Positions 55,425 through 64,000 of a stretch of DNA of 64,000 nt are shown here, piece by piece. The DNA is from an uncultured virus (IMG/VR IMGVR_UViG_3300027708_000053). Its lineage: Duplodnaviria > Heunggongvirae > Uroviricota > Caudoviricetes. The stretch lies in IMG/VR virus record IMGVR_UViG_3300027708_000053, one strand, 5' to 3'. Each line of letters starts with the position of its first letter. Positions within the stretch are counted from its first letter, which is position 1. The position numbers and the translations under genes are program-made. Below the pieces are notes generated by a model that saw only the letters and a list, made by a program, of their open reading frames with translations, had not been told where the DNA came from and made no database searches.

Positions 55425-58400
55425 ATGGCAACACTTACAATTAATCATTATGTAAATCAGGCAAACGGTTTTATTACTGATATTCGTAATAAAAGAAATG
55501 GCTATTATATGTTTGCTTCCAAACCTCAATCGTGGGCTAATAGTTCCGGAGGTGATGACGATACAGCTATATTGAGCACAAATAATTCCGTTGCTCAAGT
55601 TCAACAATACTTATATAAAGATATGCTTTATGGTAAGCTTTTAACATACTCGGATGTTAATAATTTAATACCCAGATATAACTGGACAGGTAATACTGTA
55701 TATAGTATATATGACCAGGACGATGGTGATCTTTATAACAAACAATTTTATGTTGTCACAGACAAATATGAAGTATATAAGTGTATTGATAATAACGGCG
55801 GTGTGGTTTCTTACGTCAAACCAACGCTAACTTCTACTTCTGGTACGTTTAAAACTGGAGACGGTTACGTTTGGAGGTATATGTATACTATTGACTCCGC
55901 TTCCAATACTAAGTTTACTACAGCAAATTATATCCCTGTTAGTACTAATGCTGCTGTTCAAGGTAACACGACTCCAGGTTCCATCGATGTCATTAAAATC
56001 ATCGATGGTGGAAATAGTTATTTTGTTTATGAAACAGGTTACATTGGTGGGATGGTTAACAAATATGTCGTTCAGCTTCCATTAACAGCATCAAATACAG
56101 ATGACTATTATGTAAACTCTTCCATCTATCTGAAATCAGGATTTGGTGCTGGTCAGATTCGAGAGATTGCTGGATCAAACGGAACTTCCAAACAAATTGT
56201 TGTTAATGAACCGTTCGACACTTATACAAGACTAGATCTTGCTAATATATCAGGAACTGTTACTACCGGCTATTATGTAGAACAACCTTATGATATTATA
56301 AACTATCTGTATACTCAAGGTTATTTTAATACTGGTGGAACTGTAACACAGTCCGATACTGGTGCTTCTGGTAAAGTATTGGCGGTGAATACCTCTGTTA
56401 TACAAATAACAAGATACGTAGCAAATACAATTTTTCAGAATGGTCTACCTATCGTCGATACAGCATATTCCGGAACTTTAAAAACTGGTACTGTATCTGT
56501 GGGTAATGTCGGGGCTTGTAATATTGCTTTTATTACATCAAATGGTTCCGGTTATACAGCAAATGCTACAGTGACGATTACAGCAAATGGAACTGGAACC
56601 GGTGCTGTTGCTAATGCTCAAGCCAATAGCACTGGTAAGATTTCAGCTATCAATATTACCACAGCAGGTAATTCTTATTTTGTAGCTCCTTTGCTTACAA
56701 TATCGGCTCCTACTGCACAGACATTCAACTCTAATACTGCAGTGACTGCTGGAACTGGCAGTGGTTCAAATAACGTTATCAATCTTACTCGTTTGGACAA
56801 TATTTCTTTGTCCGGAGGAACCGCTCTTGGGTATAACAATAACGATATCATAACAGTTAAATCGGCAACAACCAACGCCACCGTCACTTTTACGACAAAC
56901 TCAACAGGTGGTAGTCTCACGTTTACAATCGCGAATACTGGCGCAGGTTTTGCTTTATCTGGAACTATTCCAGTATCAAATATAGCTATCACTAACGCAA
57001 CCGGCGGAACAGCTGCTGGTAATACGAACGTAACTTATTTGGTCGCAAACGTAACTTCTGCGACAGCTTTTTATACCGCCAACGATCTGATAACTTATAC
57101 AGTAGCAACTGGTAATACTGCTATTGGTGGGCTTACATCTGGTACAACTTATTATGTTGACTTTGCTAATTCCACAGTTATTGCTTTGAAAGCAACTGCT
57201 GTCGGTTCACGTATTGCTCTAACAAAAGGTGCGAACCAAACAGGTCACAGCTTTCGAGGACAAACAGCTTCGGCTGTTATGTACTGTGATAATCAGATCA
57301 TCTTTGGTTCTGGAACACAACTTAACGACTCAGCCAATGGTTATTCTAATAATGAATACATTCGTATCGGTGCAAACACTACTAGTAATATCCGTAGAGT
57401 TGTTAACACTGTAAACACGACTGCTCTTATCGTCAGCCAGCCTTTTAATAATTCTTTCTCAGCTTCTGCAAACTCTCATTATAAAATGCCGGTTGTCGCC
57501 GAACCTACATCAATTGTGATTTCTGGATCAAACGGATATATATCGAATACCAATCTAACATCTGTTCAGATAGCAATTACAAATTCATCATTATCTGGAA
57601 TTTACTTCTCTGTAGGTGAGAAAGTTGATATGACAGATGTCAGTTTGGTAAACCAAGGCGCAAATGCTGTTGTAGCTTTTTCCAATTCTTCAACTGTTAT
57701 CTTATCGAGTGTGGCCGGAACATGGCAAGCTAATAGTGGCGGGAATCAGTTTTATGTAAGTGGTGAATCTTCTTTACAAAAATCCCAAATTATGTCGGTT
57801 CAAAGTAATCCTAATATTACCATTAGTAATCCTTACGGTGAATTTAAACTTGGTTATCCTGTAACATTTAGAACTACAGCAAACGGTACTTCAAGTGGTA
57901 ATGCAACTTTGATTGCTAAAATATCATTACCAAATGATCAAACAGAATATCAGATTGGACCTACTGTAAAAGTGACAGGTGACGGCTCCAACGTTGTTGC
58001 AATTGCTGTTGTCAATACATCGGCTAATTCAAGTTATAATATTGTTGGTATTAATATAGTAAATCCAGGTACGGGGTTTACACAAGCAAATGTTTCAATT
58101 TATGCAAATACAAATTATGGTATTGGTGCGCAAGCCAGAGCAATTATATCTCCTGTATATGGTCATGGATATGATGCCGTAACTGAACTTGGTGGTAGAT
58201 ATGTTGGTGTTGATGCTGTATTTGATACCATAACAAATGAAAGTTATAAAATACTAGGTTATGGTTCTTATAGAAAAGTTGGTATTCTTCAAGATCCACA
58301 ATTTAAAGACATTAAAGTAACTCTTACAAATTTTGATAGGACAAACTTTACTCTTAATACTTCAAGTTATTCTTCTACAGGTGGTGGATGGACAGCAGGC

Positions 58401-59339
58401 GAAGTTGTTCTACAATCATCAACCAATGCTGCTGGCGTTGTTGTTTATGGTAACTCTTCGTTCCTTCAACTAAAAAGTGTTAAGGGAACATTTAATATCT
58501 CAAATACAATCTATGGATATTATTCTAATTCAACAGCAAATGTAAATGCGGCCAATACAATTTATTTTCCTGTAGGTAATTCTGCAGAAATTATTACTGA
58601 GTCCAATTCAGGGTCGATCGGCATAGTAACCTCAATAGTAAACAATAGTGTATATTTCATGAGTAATGTTGTCGGTCAGTTTGTCGCCGGAGATATTATG
58701 TATGATAGTGTTGTAAATGCTTATGCTACTGTTTCCAGTATCTATACTGCTAACGGTACAACCGATGTATCTTCTAGTTTTGGTATTCATTTTAATCAAA
58801 CCGGAAGAATTACTCTCACGGCTAATACCGGAGCATTTTCCAATAATGAATATGTTCAACAAGAGATTTCACTTGCAAGCGGTAGAATTATTTCAAATAG
58901 CGATGAAAAAGATCTATTGGTTTCCTCTATGAGTGGAACAGTTGCAATTGGGCAGACTGTAACCGATACTACAACAGGTGCTAATGGTATTTGTATTTTT
59001 GCAAACTCTACTTATATAAAATTGACCGCTGTAAGTCAAAGTTTATCTTTCGGTCCAACCCACACTATAAATAATGGATTAGGATCTACAGCAACTATTT
59101 CTTCTGTTTATCCTGTTTTAATTTTGAGCGATGTTTCAGACGTAAATAATTTTCAAGCTGGTTCAAATGCTATCATTGGTCAGACTTCAGGGGCTTCAGG
59201 TACTTGTAATAATTATCTGTTAATTACAAATCCCGATTTGGTTAGAGATTCAGGAAAAATGATTTACGTGGAAAGTTTTACACCAGTTACTCGTTCAACA
59301 ACTTCTAAAGAAGAAGTCAAACTGATTATAAAGTTTTAA
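55425..59339 (+). CDS. 8: gp8-like baseplate wedge protein with large inserted beta-rich domains
   Basis: IPRYNW, FYVVT..YEVYKCIDN, DGYVWRYMYTI, GHGYD, C-terminal SGKMIYVE...EEVKLIIKF. Confidence 0.8.
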   Translation: MATLTINHYVNQANGFITDIRNKRNGYYMFASKPQSWANSSGGDDDTAILSTNNSVAQVQQYLYKDMLYGKLLTYSDVNNLIPRYNWTGNTVYSIYDQDDGDLYNKQFYVVTDKYEVYKCIDNNGGVVSYVKPTLTSTSGTFKTGDGYVWRYMYTIDSASNTKFTTANYIPVSTNAAVQGNTTPGSIDVIKIIDGGNSYFVYETGYIGGMVNKYVVQLPLTASNTDDYYVNSSIYLKSGFGAGQIREIAGSNGTSKQIVVNEPFDTYTRLDLANISGTVTTGYYVEQPYDIINYLYTQGYFNTGGTVTQSDTGASGKVLAVNTSVIQITRYVANTIFQNGLPIVDTAYSGTLKTGTVSVGNVGACNIAFITSNGSGYTANATVTITANGTGTGAVANAQANSTGKISAINITTAGNSYFVAPLLTISAPTAQTFNSNTAVTAGTGSGSNNVINLTRLDNISLSGGTALGYNNNDIITVKSATTNATVTFTTNSTGGSLTFTIANTGAGFALSGTIPVSNIAITNATGGTAAGNTNVTYLVANVTSATAFYTANDLITYTVATGNTAIGGLTSGTTYYVDFANSTVIALKATAVGSRIALTKGANQTGHSFRGQTASAVMYCDNQIIFGSGTQLNDSANGYSNNEYIRIGANTTSNIRRVVNTVNTTALIVSQPFNNSFSASANSHYKMPVVAEPTSIVISGSNGYISNTNLTSVQIAITNSSLSGIYFSVGEKVDMTDVSLVNQGANAVVAFSNSSTVILSSVAGTWQANSGGNQFYVSGESSLQKSQIMSVQSNPNITISNPYGEFKLGYPVTFRTTANGTSSGNATLIAKISLPNDQTEYQIGPTVKVTGDGSNVVAIAVVNTSANSSYNIVGINIVNPGTGFTQANVSIYANTNYGIGAQARAIISPVYGHGYDAVTELGGRYVGVDAVFDTITNESYKILGYGSYRKVGILQDPQFKDIKVTLTNFDRTNFTLNTSSYSSTGGGWTAGEVVLQSSTNAAGVVVYGNSSFLQLKSVKGTFNISNTIYGYYSNSTANVNAANTIYFPVGNSAEIITESNSGSIGIVTSIVNNSVYFMSNVVGQFVAGDIMYDSVVNAYATVSSIYTANGTTDVSSSFGIHFNQTGRITLTANTGAFSNNEYVQQEISLASGRIISNSDEKDLLVSSMSGTVAIGQTVTDTTTGANGICIFANSTYIKLTAVSQSLSFGPTHTINNGLGSTATISSVYPVLILSDVSDVNNFQAGSNAIIGQTSGASGTCNNYLLITNPDLVRDSGKMIYVESFTPVTRSTTSKEEVKLIIKF

Positions 59340-59348
59340 GAGGATAGA

Positions 59349-62300
59349 ATGGCACTAGATACAGACCTTTCACGTAAGCCTTACTTCGATGATTATGATG
59401 TAACGAAGAATTTTTATCGTGTATTATATCGCCCAGCGGCTGCCGTTCAAGCACGAGAACTCAATCAGATGCAAACTATTTTGCAAGATCAGATTGATAA
59501 ATTTGGCCGTCATATTTTTAAAGAAGGTTCTGTTGTTGAGGGTTGTGGATTTACGTTTGATAATGCTTACAACTATGTAAAGATTAAAGATAATTATGCT
59601 AATAATTCTGCTATTTCAAATATAAATGATTTTGTTGGTAAAATTGCTATTAATAATAACGGGTTACAAGCAAAAGTTGTAAATGCATTAGGTGGTTATG
59701 AATCTTCTGATCCAGATTTAAACACTCTTTATTTAAAGTATTTGAATTCTAGTACATTTGCAAATGGTTCTCAGCAAAGTGTATTTGCAAATAGTGAAGT
59801 AATTCAAATTCAAACTTCTTCAAATGTGAATATTGGAAATGTTGTTGTTGCTACAGTTTCCAATTCAACAGGTCAAGGATATGGATTTACCACAACTGAA
59901 GGTGTAATCTTCAAGAAAGGTTTCTTTATTAGAGTTCAGCCTCAAACTTTGGTTGTATCAAAATACAATAATGTCCCCGATAATATTTCCGTTGGGTTCG
60001 ATGCAGTAGAAGAAATTGTTACTCCTGAGATTGATACATCACTTCTTGATAATGCTGCCGGTTCTCCAAATTATGATGCTCCTGGTGCACATCGTTTGAA
60101 ACTTGTTCCTACTCTGGTTACAAGAGCATCTAATACCGTATCAAATACCACTTCATTCTTTTCACTTTGTGACTTCAAGAATGGTCTGCCGGTTTCAATT
60201 AAGAATGATCCGCAATATGCGGCCTTGTCTAAAGATACAGCCCGCAGAACGTATGAAACAAACGGCGATTACATTGTCAATCCGTTTCTACTGAGCACAA
60301 CCAAGAAAATTTCAAATGGTGCTGCAAATACCACATATAATAGTATTGTTGCATCACCAGGTATTGGTTATGTAAAGGGATACAGAGTTGAGTTTATCAA
60401 TAATAATACCGCTGATCTGAGAAAAGGTCTTGACTATGCAACTGTTAACAATCAGATTGTAACAGCCACATTTGGTTATTATCTAAATGTAAATGAATTT
60501 TGTGGGGATTTTAACAACAAAAATGCGACCCAAGTCGATCTACATAGTGTGGCAAAAACAGCTATTTCAGGAAAAACATTTCTAAATACTTCATATTCCG
60601 CCACTACAAAAATCGGTACTGCTTATATTCGTGGTGTTGGTTATGCATCAGGCACTCCAGGTGTTGATGCTGTATATGAAATCTACGTATTCAATATTCA
60701 AATGCTACCAGGTCAAAAGATTTCCGATGTACGAAGCATAATTTATTCAAATGGTAGTTTATTGGCAGTAGCTGATATTATTCTCGATAAAGACTTCAAC
60801 GGTGTTAACGTTGCTAAAATACAAGCTTCAAATGCAGAATTGATGGTTTATCCATTCGGACAAAATGCTATTAGACCTGAAGGATTCTCAACAACAGCTC
60901 AATACGTTTATAGAAATAGAGTCAATTCAAGTTTTGTTGCTGTAAGTGGATCTTTGGCTCTTACAATACCCGCCGTTGTAGGTACAGGTACCGAGTCATT
61001 TAATTATGGTACTGGAACCTTATCACAATCTGCCGAAACATCATTTATTATAATACCTTCTGCAAATGGATATAGCACAACTAAAGCAGGGACTGTATCG
61101 GTCAATACATCATCTACAAATGTTGTGGGATCCTCTACTTTATTCGTATCACAATATCAAGTCGGTGATTATTTTTATTGTAATACAGCTACAAAAAGAA
61201 TTGTAGCTGTTACAAGTGATATTTCAATGACTGTTGATTCCGTATTTGCTTTCACATCTTCCGGTCTTACGCATCAAAAGACCTGGCCGGCCGGTGTTCC
61301 TATTAATTTTGCTTCTCTTTCAAGAACAATTAATATTACTTCAGGCACCACAGCCAATGTTGCTTTAGGTGAGTCAAGTAATGCTGATTTTACGGCATCA
61401 GTATATTTCAATACTTTACGATCAAGTACAGTACCTATCGCTAAGCAAATAAAAAAGTCAACCTATATCAAGATTCAAGCAAATACCAACGCTGGTGGAG
61501 TTACAGGGCCTTGGTGTCTTGGTATTCCAGATGTTCGCAGATTAAATGCCGTTTATATTGATGAAACTGGTGGAACTTATGCCAATACAAATCTTAATAT
61601 TACGGGTTCTTTTGGTTTAAATAATGGTCAACAAGATTCATATTACGGTCTTGCATATATTTCTTCTGGAAGACCAATCGCACCAAATGCAACACTGCTT
61701 GTTTCAGTAGATAATTTTGTTGCATCTCCTTCTCAAGGTGTTGGATTCTTTACAGCCGCTTCGTATCCGATCGACGATGCTAATACATCAAACACTTCCG
61801 CAATTCAGACATATCAGATACCACAATATACTTCAACGATTGGTACTGCGGTTGATCTTAGAGATAGTATTGACTTTAGACCATACGCTGTAAATACAGC
61901 CGTAGCTAATGCTACAATTGTATCCGCAACAGTTAATCCTTCAAATACTCTTACTCTGCAAACATATGGATCCGGTGGAGCTTATCTTGTCTCACCTGAT
62001 ACAAATTATCAGTCCGTTGTTCAATATTACTTACCGAGAAAAGACAGAATTGCTTTAACAACAGCCGGTGAAATTCTTGTGACTGAGGGTGAATCTTTGT
62101 TGGCGCTTGTTCCGCCGAACGAAATTCCTGGTACCATGACTATTGGTTTTGCTACAGTGACACCGTATCCTTCTCTCACTCCAACTGAAGCTAAAACATA
62201 TAATCGTTATGATTATTCTATTCAAACTAGTCTGCTTCAGACAAAACGCTACACTATGGCGGATATTAATAAACTTTCAAAGAGAATTGAAAGACTTGAG

Positions 62301-63842
62301 TATTATACTTCTTTAACACTCTTGGAACAATCGACAAATTCCTTATTGGTTCGTAGTGATGCGACAGGACAAAATCGTTTTAAAAACGGTATTTTGGTTG
62401 ATCCTTTCAGAGATCATTCGATCGGTAATACAAATGATAAAAGCTATAATATTTCAATCGACAGAAATACCACGGAAGCCAGACCAGTATTTAATCAGAT
62501 GACAGCCGATCTTCAGTTTGATTCGGTATCATCAACAGCTGTTAAAACTGGCGACTTAATTCTTCTACCTTATACCGCAAATAACTTAAATCAGAGTCAA
62601 AAATTTGCTTCCAAGTATAGAAACTGTATCGAAGGCAATATATATAATTATCGCGGAACACTTATTTTAAATCCCCCCGGCATTACAGCTCCGGATCTTT
62701 TACAGCGTCCGTTAATTAATTCAACTATTGATAATTATACCAACTTTGTTGGCGGAGGATCAAGTAGTAGACTTGGGACTGAATGGGGCAATTGGACCGA
62801 TGCTGGAAATCCTTCTCTTGTTGGTCAAAACAGTCAAACAAATTTAACTGCCAGTTCTCAGGATTCGCGAACTTTTGCAACCACAACCACGTCAACATTG
62901 GCTCAACAACAAACTCGTGTCGGTAGAACTTTTACGACACAGCCTACTGAAACTACAATTGATAATGGTGATTATGTCACAGATGTTTCAATACAAACAT
63001 TTGTACCATCTAGAGATGTATATTTTACCGCTAAAGGTATGAAACCAAATACAAATCTTTATGTATATTTTGATAGTGTTAACGTAAGTAATTATTGTCT
63101 AAATCTGATTCCGTATGCTGGATCTTGGGCACAAACGGGCGGTAATTATATAACAACAGCCGGTGCTTATACTTATATTGCTTATGATGGAACTGTTTAT
63201 TCACACACTAATAACTGGGGTGGACAAATAACTAGTGATAGTTACGGTAATGTCTATGGTATCTTTAAAGTGCCGGCTAATGTATTTAAAAGTGGTCAAT
63301 TAGAATTTAAACTAACTGATATTTCAAATCTAGCTCAAGGCGAAAGTGCCGTAACTACTCAAGCTACATATAGTTTATTTTGTTCTGCTCTTTCTGTGCA
63401 AAAACAAAAATCATTGTTGACAATAAGATCGGCTCAAATTGTTACACAAGAAGTTTCAGATACTCAAACAATATATCAGAATTCTACAACCACAAATGAA
63501 TGGAAAGTGGCGTTGCCAGTGCTGACAGCCCAAACCCCGCCGGGTGGCGGGTCGCAGCCACCAACAGGTAATACTTCAATAGCATCAACCGATACCACTC
63601 AACCGCCAACTACTCCCATAGATAATACTGTACCGGATATTGGTTATTATGCACCACCAAATGACTATACTGGCGGAACCGTTGATATGGGTTCACCTGG
63701 TAACGGTGGTGAAAGTGACTCTGGCGCGGCCGGACCTGGTCCAGGAGCGGATGCGGCCGCTAGTAGTTCTGACGGTGATTCTAGTGATGGCGCTGGAGGA
63801 GATGCTGGTGGTGATGGTGGTAGTAGTGGTGGTACCGATTAA
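59349..63842 (+). CDS. VrlC/DUF4815-like large structural protein (N-terminal part)
   Basis: PYFDDY, VQARELNQMQ, APGAHRLK, RRTYETNGDY, RYTMADI, RLEYYTSL, RFKNGILVDPF. Confidence 0.82.
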   Translation: MALDTDLSRKPYFDDYDVTKNFYRVLYRPAAAVQARELNQMQTILQDQIDKFGRHIFKEGSVVEGCGFTFDNAYNYVKIKDNYANNSAISNINDFVGKIAINNNGLQAKVVNALGGYESSDPDLNTLYLKYLNSSTFANGSQQSVFANSEVIQIQTSSNVNIGNVVVATVSNSTGQGYGFTTTEGVIFKKGFFIRVQPQTLVVSKYNNVPDNISVGFDAVEEIVTPEIDTSLLDNAAGSPNYDAPGAHRLKLVPTLVTRASNTVSNTTSFFSLCDFKNGLPVSIKNDPQYAALSKDTARRTYETNGDYIVNPFLLSTTKKISNGAANTTYNSIVASPGIGYVKGYRVEFINNNTADLRKGLDYATVNNQIVTATFGYYLNVNEFCGDFNNKNATQVDLHSVAKTAISGKTFLNTSYSATTKIGTAYIRGVGYASGTPGVDAVYEIYVFNIQMLPGQKISDVRSIIYSNGSLLAVADIILDKDFNGVNVAKIQASNAELMVYPFGQNAIRPEGFSTTAQYVYRNRVNSSFVAVSGSLALTIPAVVGTGTESFNYGTGTLSQSAETSFIIIPSANGYSTTKAGTVSVNTSSTNVVGSSTLFVSQYQVGDYFYCNTATKRIVAVTSDISMTVDSVFAFTSSGLTHQKTWPAGVPINFASLSRTINITSGTTANVALGESSNADFTASVYFNTLRSSTVPIAKQIKKSTYIKIQANTNAGGVTGPWCLGIPDVRRLNAVYIDETGGTYANTNLNITGSFGLNNGQQDSYYGLAYISSGRPIAPNATLLVSVDNFVASPSQGVGFFTAASYPIDDANTSNTSAIQTYQIPQYTSTIGTAVDLRDSIDFRPYAVNTAVANATIVSATVNPSNTLTLQTYGSGGAYLVSPDTNYQSVVQYYLPRKDRIALTTAGEILVTEGESLLALVPPNEIPGTMTIGFATVTPYPSLTPTEAKTYNRYDYSIQTSLLQTKRYTMADINKLSKRIERLEYYTSLTLLEQSTNSLLVRSDATGQNRFKNGILVDPFRDHSIGNTNDKSYNISIDRNTTEARPVFNQMTADLQFDSVSSTAVKTGDLILLPYTANNLNQSQKFASKYRNCIEGNIYNYRGTLILNPPGITAPDLLQRPLINSTIDNYTNFVGGGSSSRLGTEWGNWTDAGNPSLVGQNSQTNLTASSQDSRTFATTTTSTLAQQQTRVGRTFTTQPTETTIDNGDYVTDVSIQTFVPSRDVYFTAKGMKPNTNLYVYFDSVNVSNYCLNLIPYAGSWAQTGGNYITTAGAYTYIAYDGTVYSHTNNWGGQITSDSYGNVYGIFKVPANVFKSGQLEFKLTDISNLAQGESAVTTQATYSLFCSALSVQKQKSLLTIRSAQIVTQEVSDTQTIYQNSTTTNEWKVALPVLTAQTPPGGGSQPPTGNTSIASTDTTQPPTTPIDNTVPDIGYYAPPNDYTGGTVDMGSPGNGGESDSGAAGPGPGADAAASSSDGDSSDGAGGDAGGDGGSSGGTD

Positions 63843-63860
63843 TCAAAATTTGTATGTATA

Positions 63861-63868
63861 TATAAATA
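63861..63868 (+). promoter_or_regulatory. T4-type late promoter
   Basis: TATAAATA, 22 nt before the ATG. Confidence 0.75.
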
Positions 63869-63890
63869 TTTAAAACGGAACAAAAAGTAA

Positions 63891-64000
63891 ATGACGAAGC
63901 CAATTGCTCAAACTTTTATTGTAAATGAACCTGACAAAGGTGTTGATGCTGTTTTCTTAACAAAAGTAGATTTGTTTTTCCAAAGCAAATCGTCTACTTT
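63891..64000 (+). CDS. Structural protein, VrlC/DUF4815 C-terminal-like (3' truncated)
   Basis: MTKPIAQTFIV...VFLTKVDLFFQSK. Confidence 0.65.
   Translation, partial: MTKPIAQTFIVNEPDKGVDAVFLTKVDLFFQSKSST

Noticed and set aside
1..64000. Stop-codon reassignment
   Set aside because: Core genes are intact in the standard code, and TAA, TGA and TAG all end genes.

Overview
This window is a segment of a large T4-like myophage genome; the host is not determined, and some accessory genes weakly suggest a proteobacterium. 1-15 kb: nucleotide metabolism and auxiliary genes (nrdB, an ADP-ribosyltransferase-like gene, GIY-YIG nuclease, RlpA, glutaredoxin, SpeD-like, a six-gene nucleotide-sugar/heptose cluster, RNase H, PhoH, dCMP deaminase, exonuclease). 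15-31 kb: a hypervariable early region made of at least 17 repeated promoter modules, each with a TTAAC/GTAAT double box, TTGACA-17-TATAAT and a conserved leader driving one or a few small ORFs. This region also holds a structured non-coding element, several RMF-like mini-proteins, two insulated arrays of paralogous ~55-65 aa proteins ending in Q-x-x-E-D-L, a DUF6745-type gene pair and DUF932. Next come two tRNAs and genes 33/59/32. 36-64 kb: the tail/baseplate module (two paralogous repeat-rich long proteins, holin-like gene, gp51/gp26, gp54, gp2, gp4, gp48, gp53, hub, split gp5, gp25, gp6, gp7, gp8, VrlC/DUF4815-like). The strongest candidates for something new are the cassette-like promoter-ORF array, the EDL mini-protein arrays, a probable -1 frameshift joining gp26 to a gp51 frame that lacks a proper start, and the 16.16-16.42 kb structured element. 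All family assignments come from motif recognition by eye; no searches were run.
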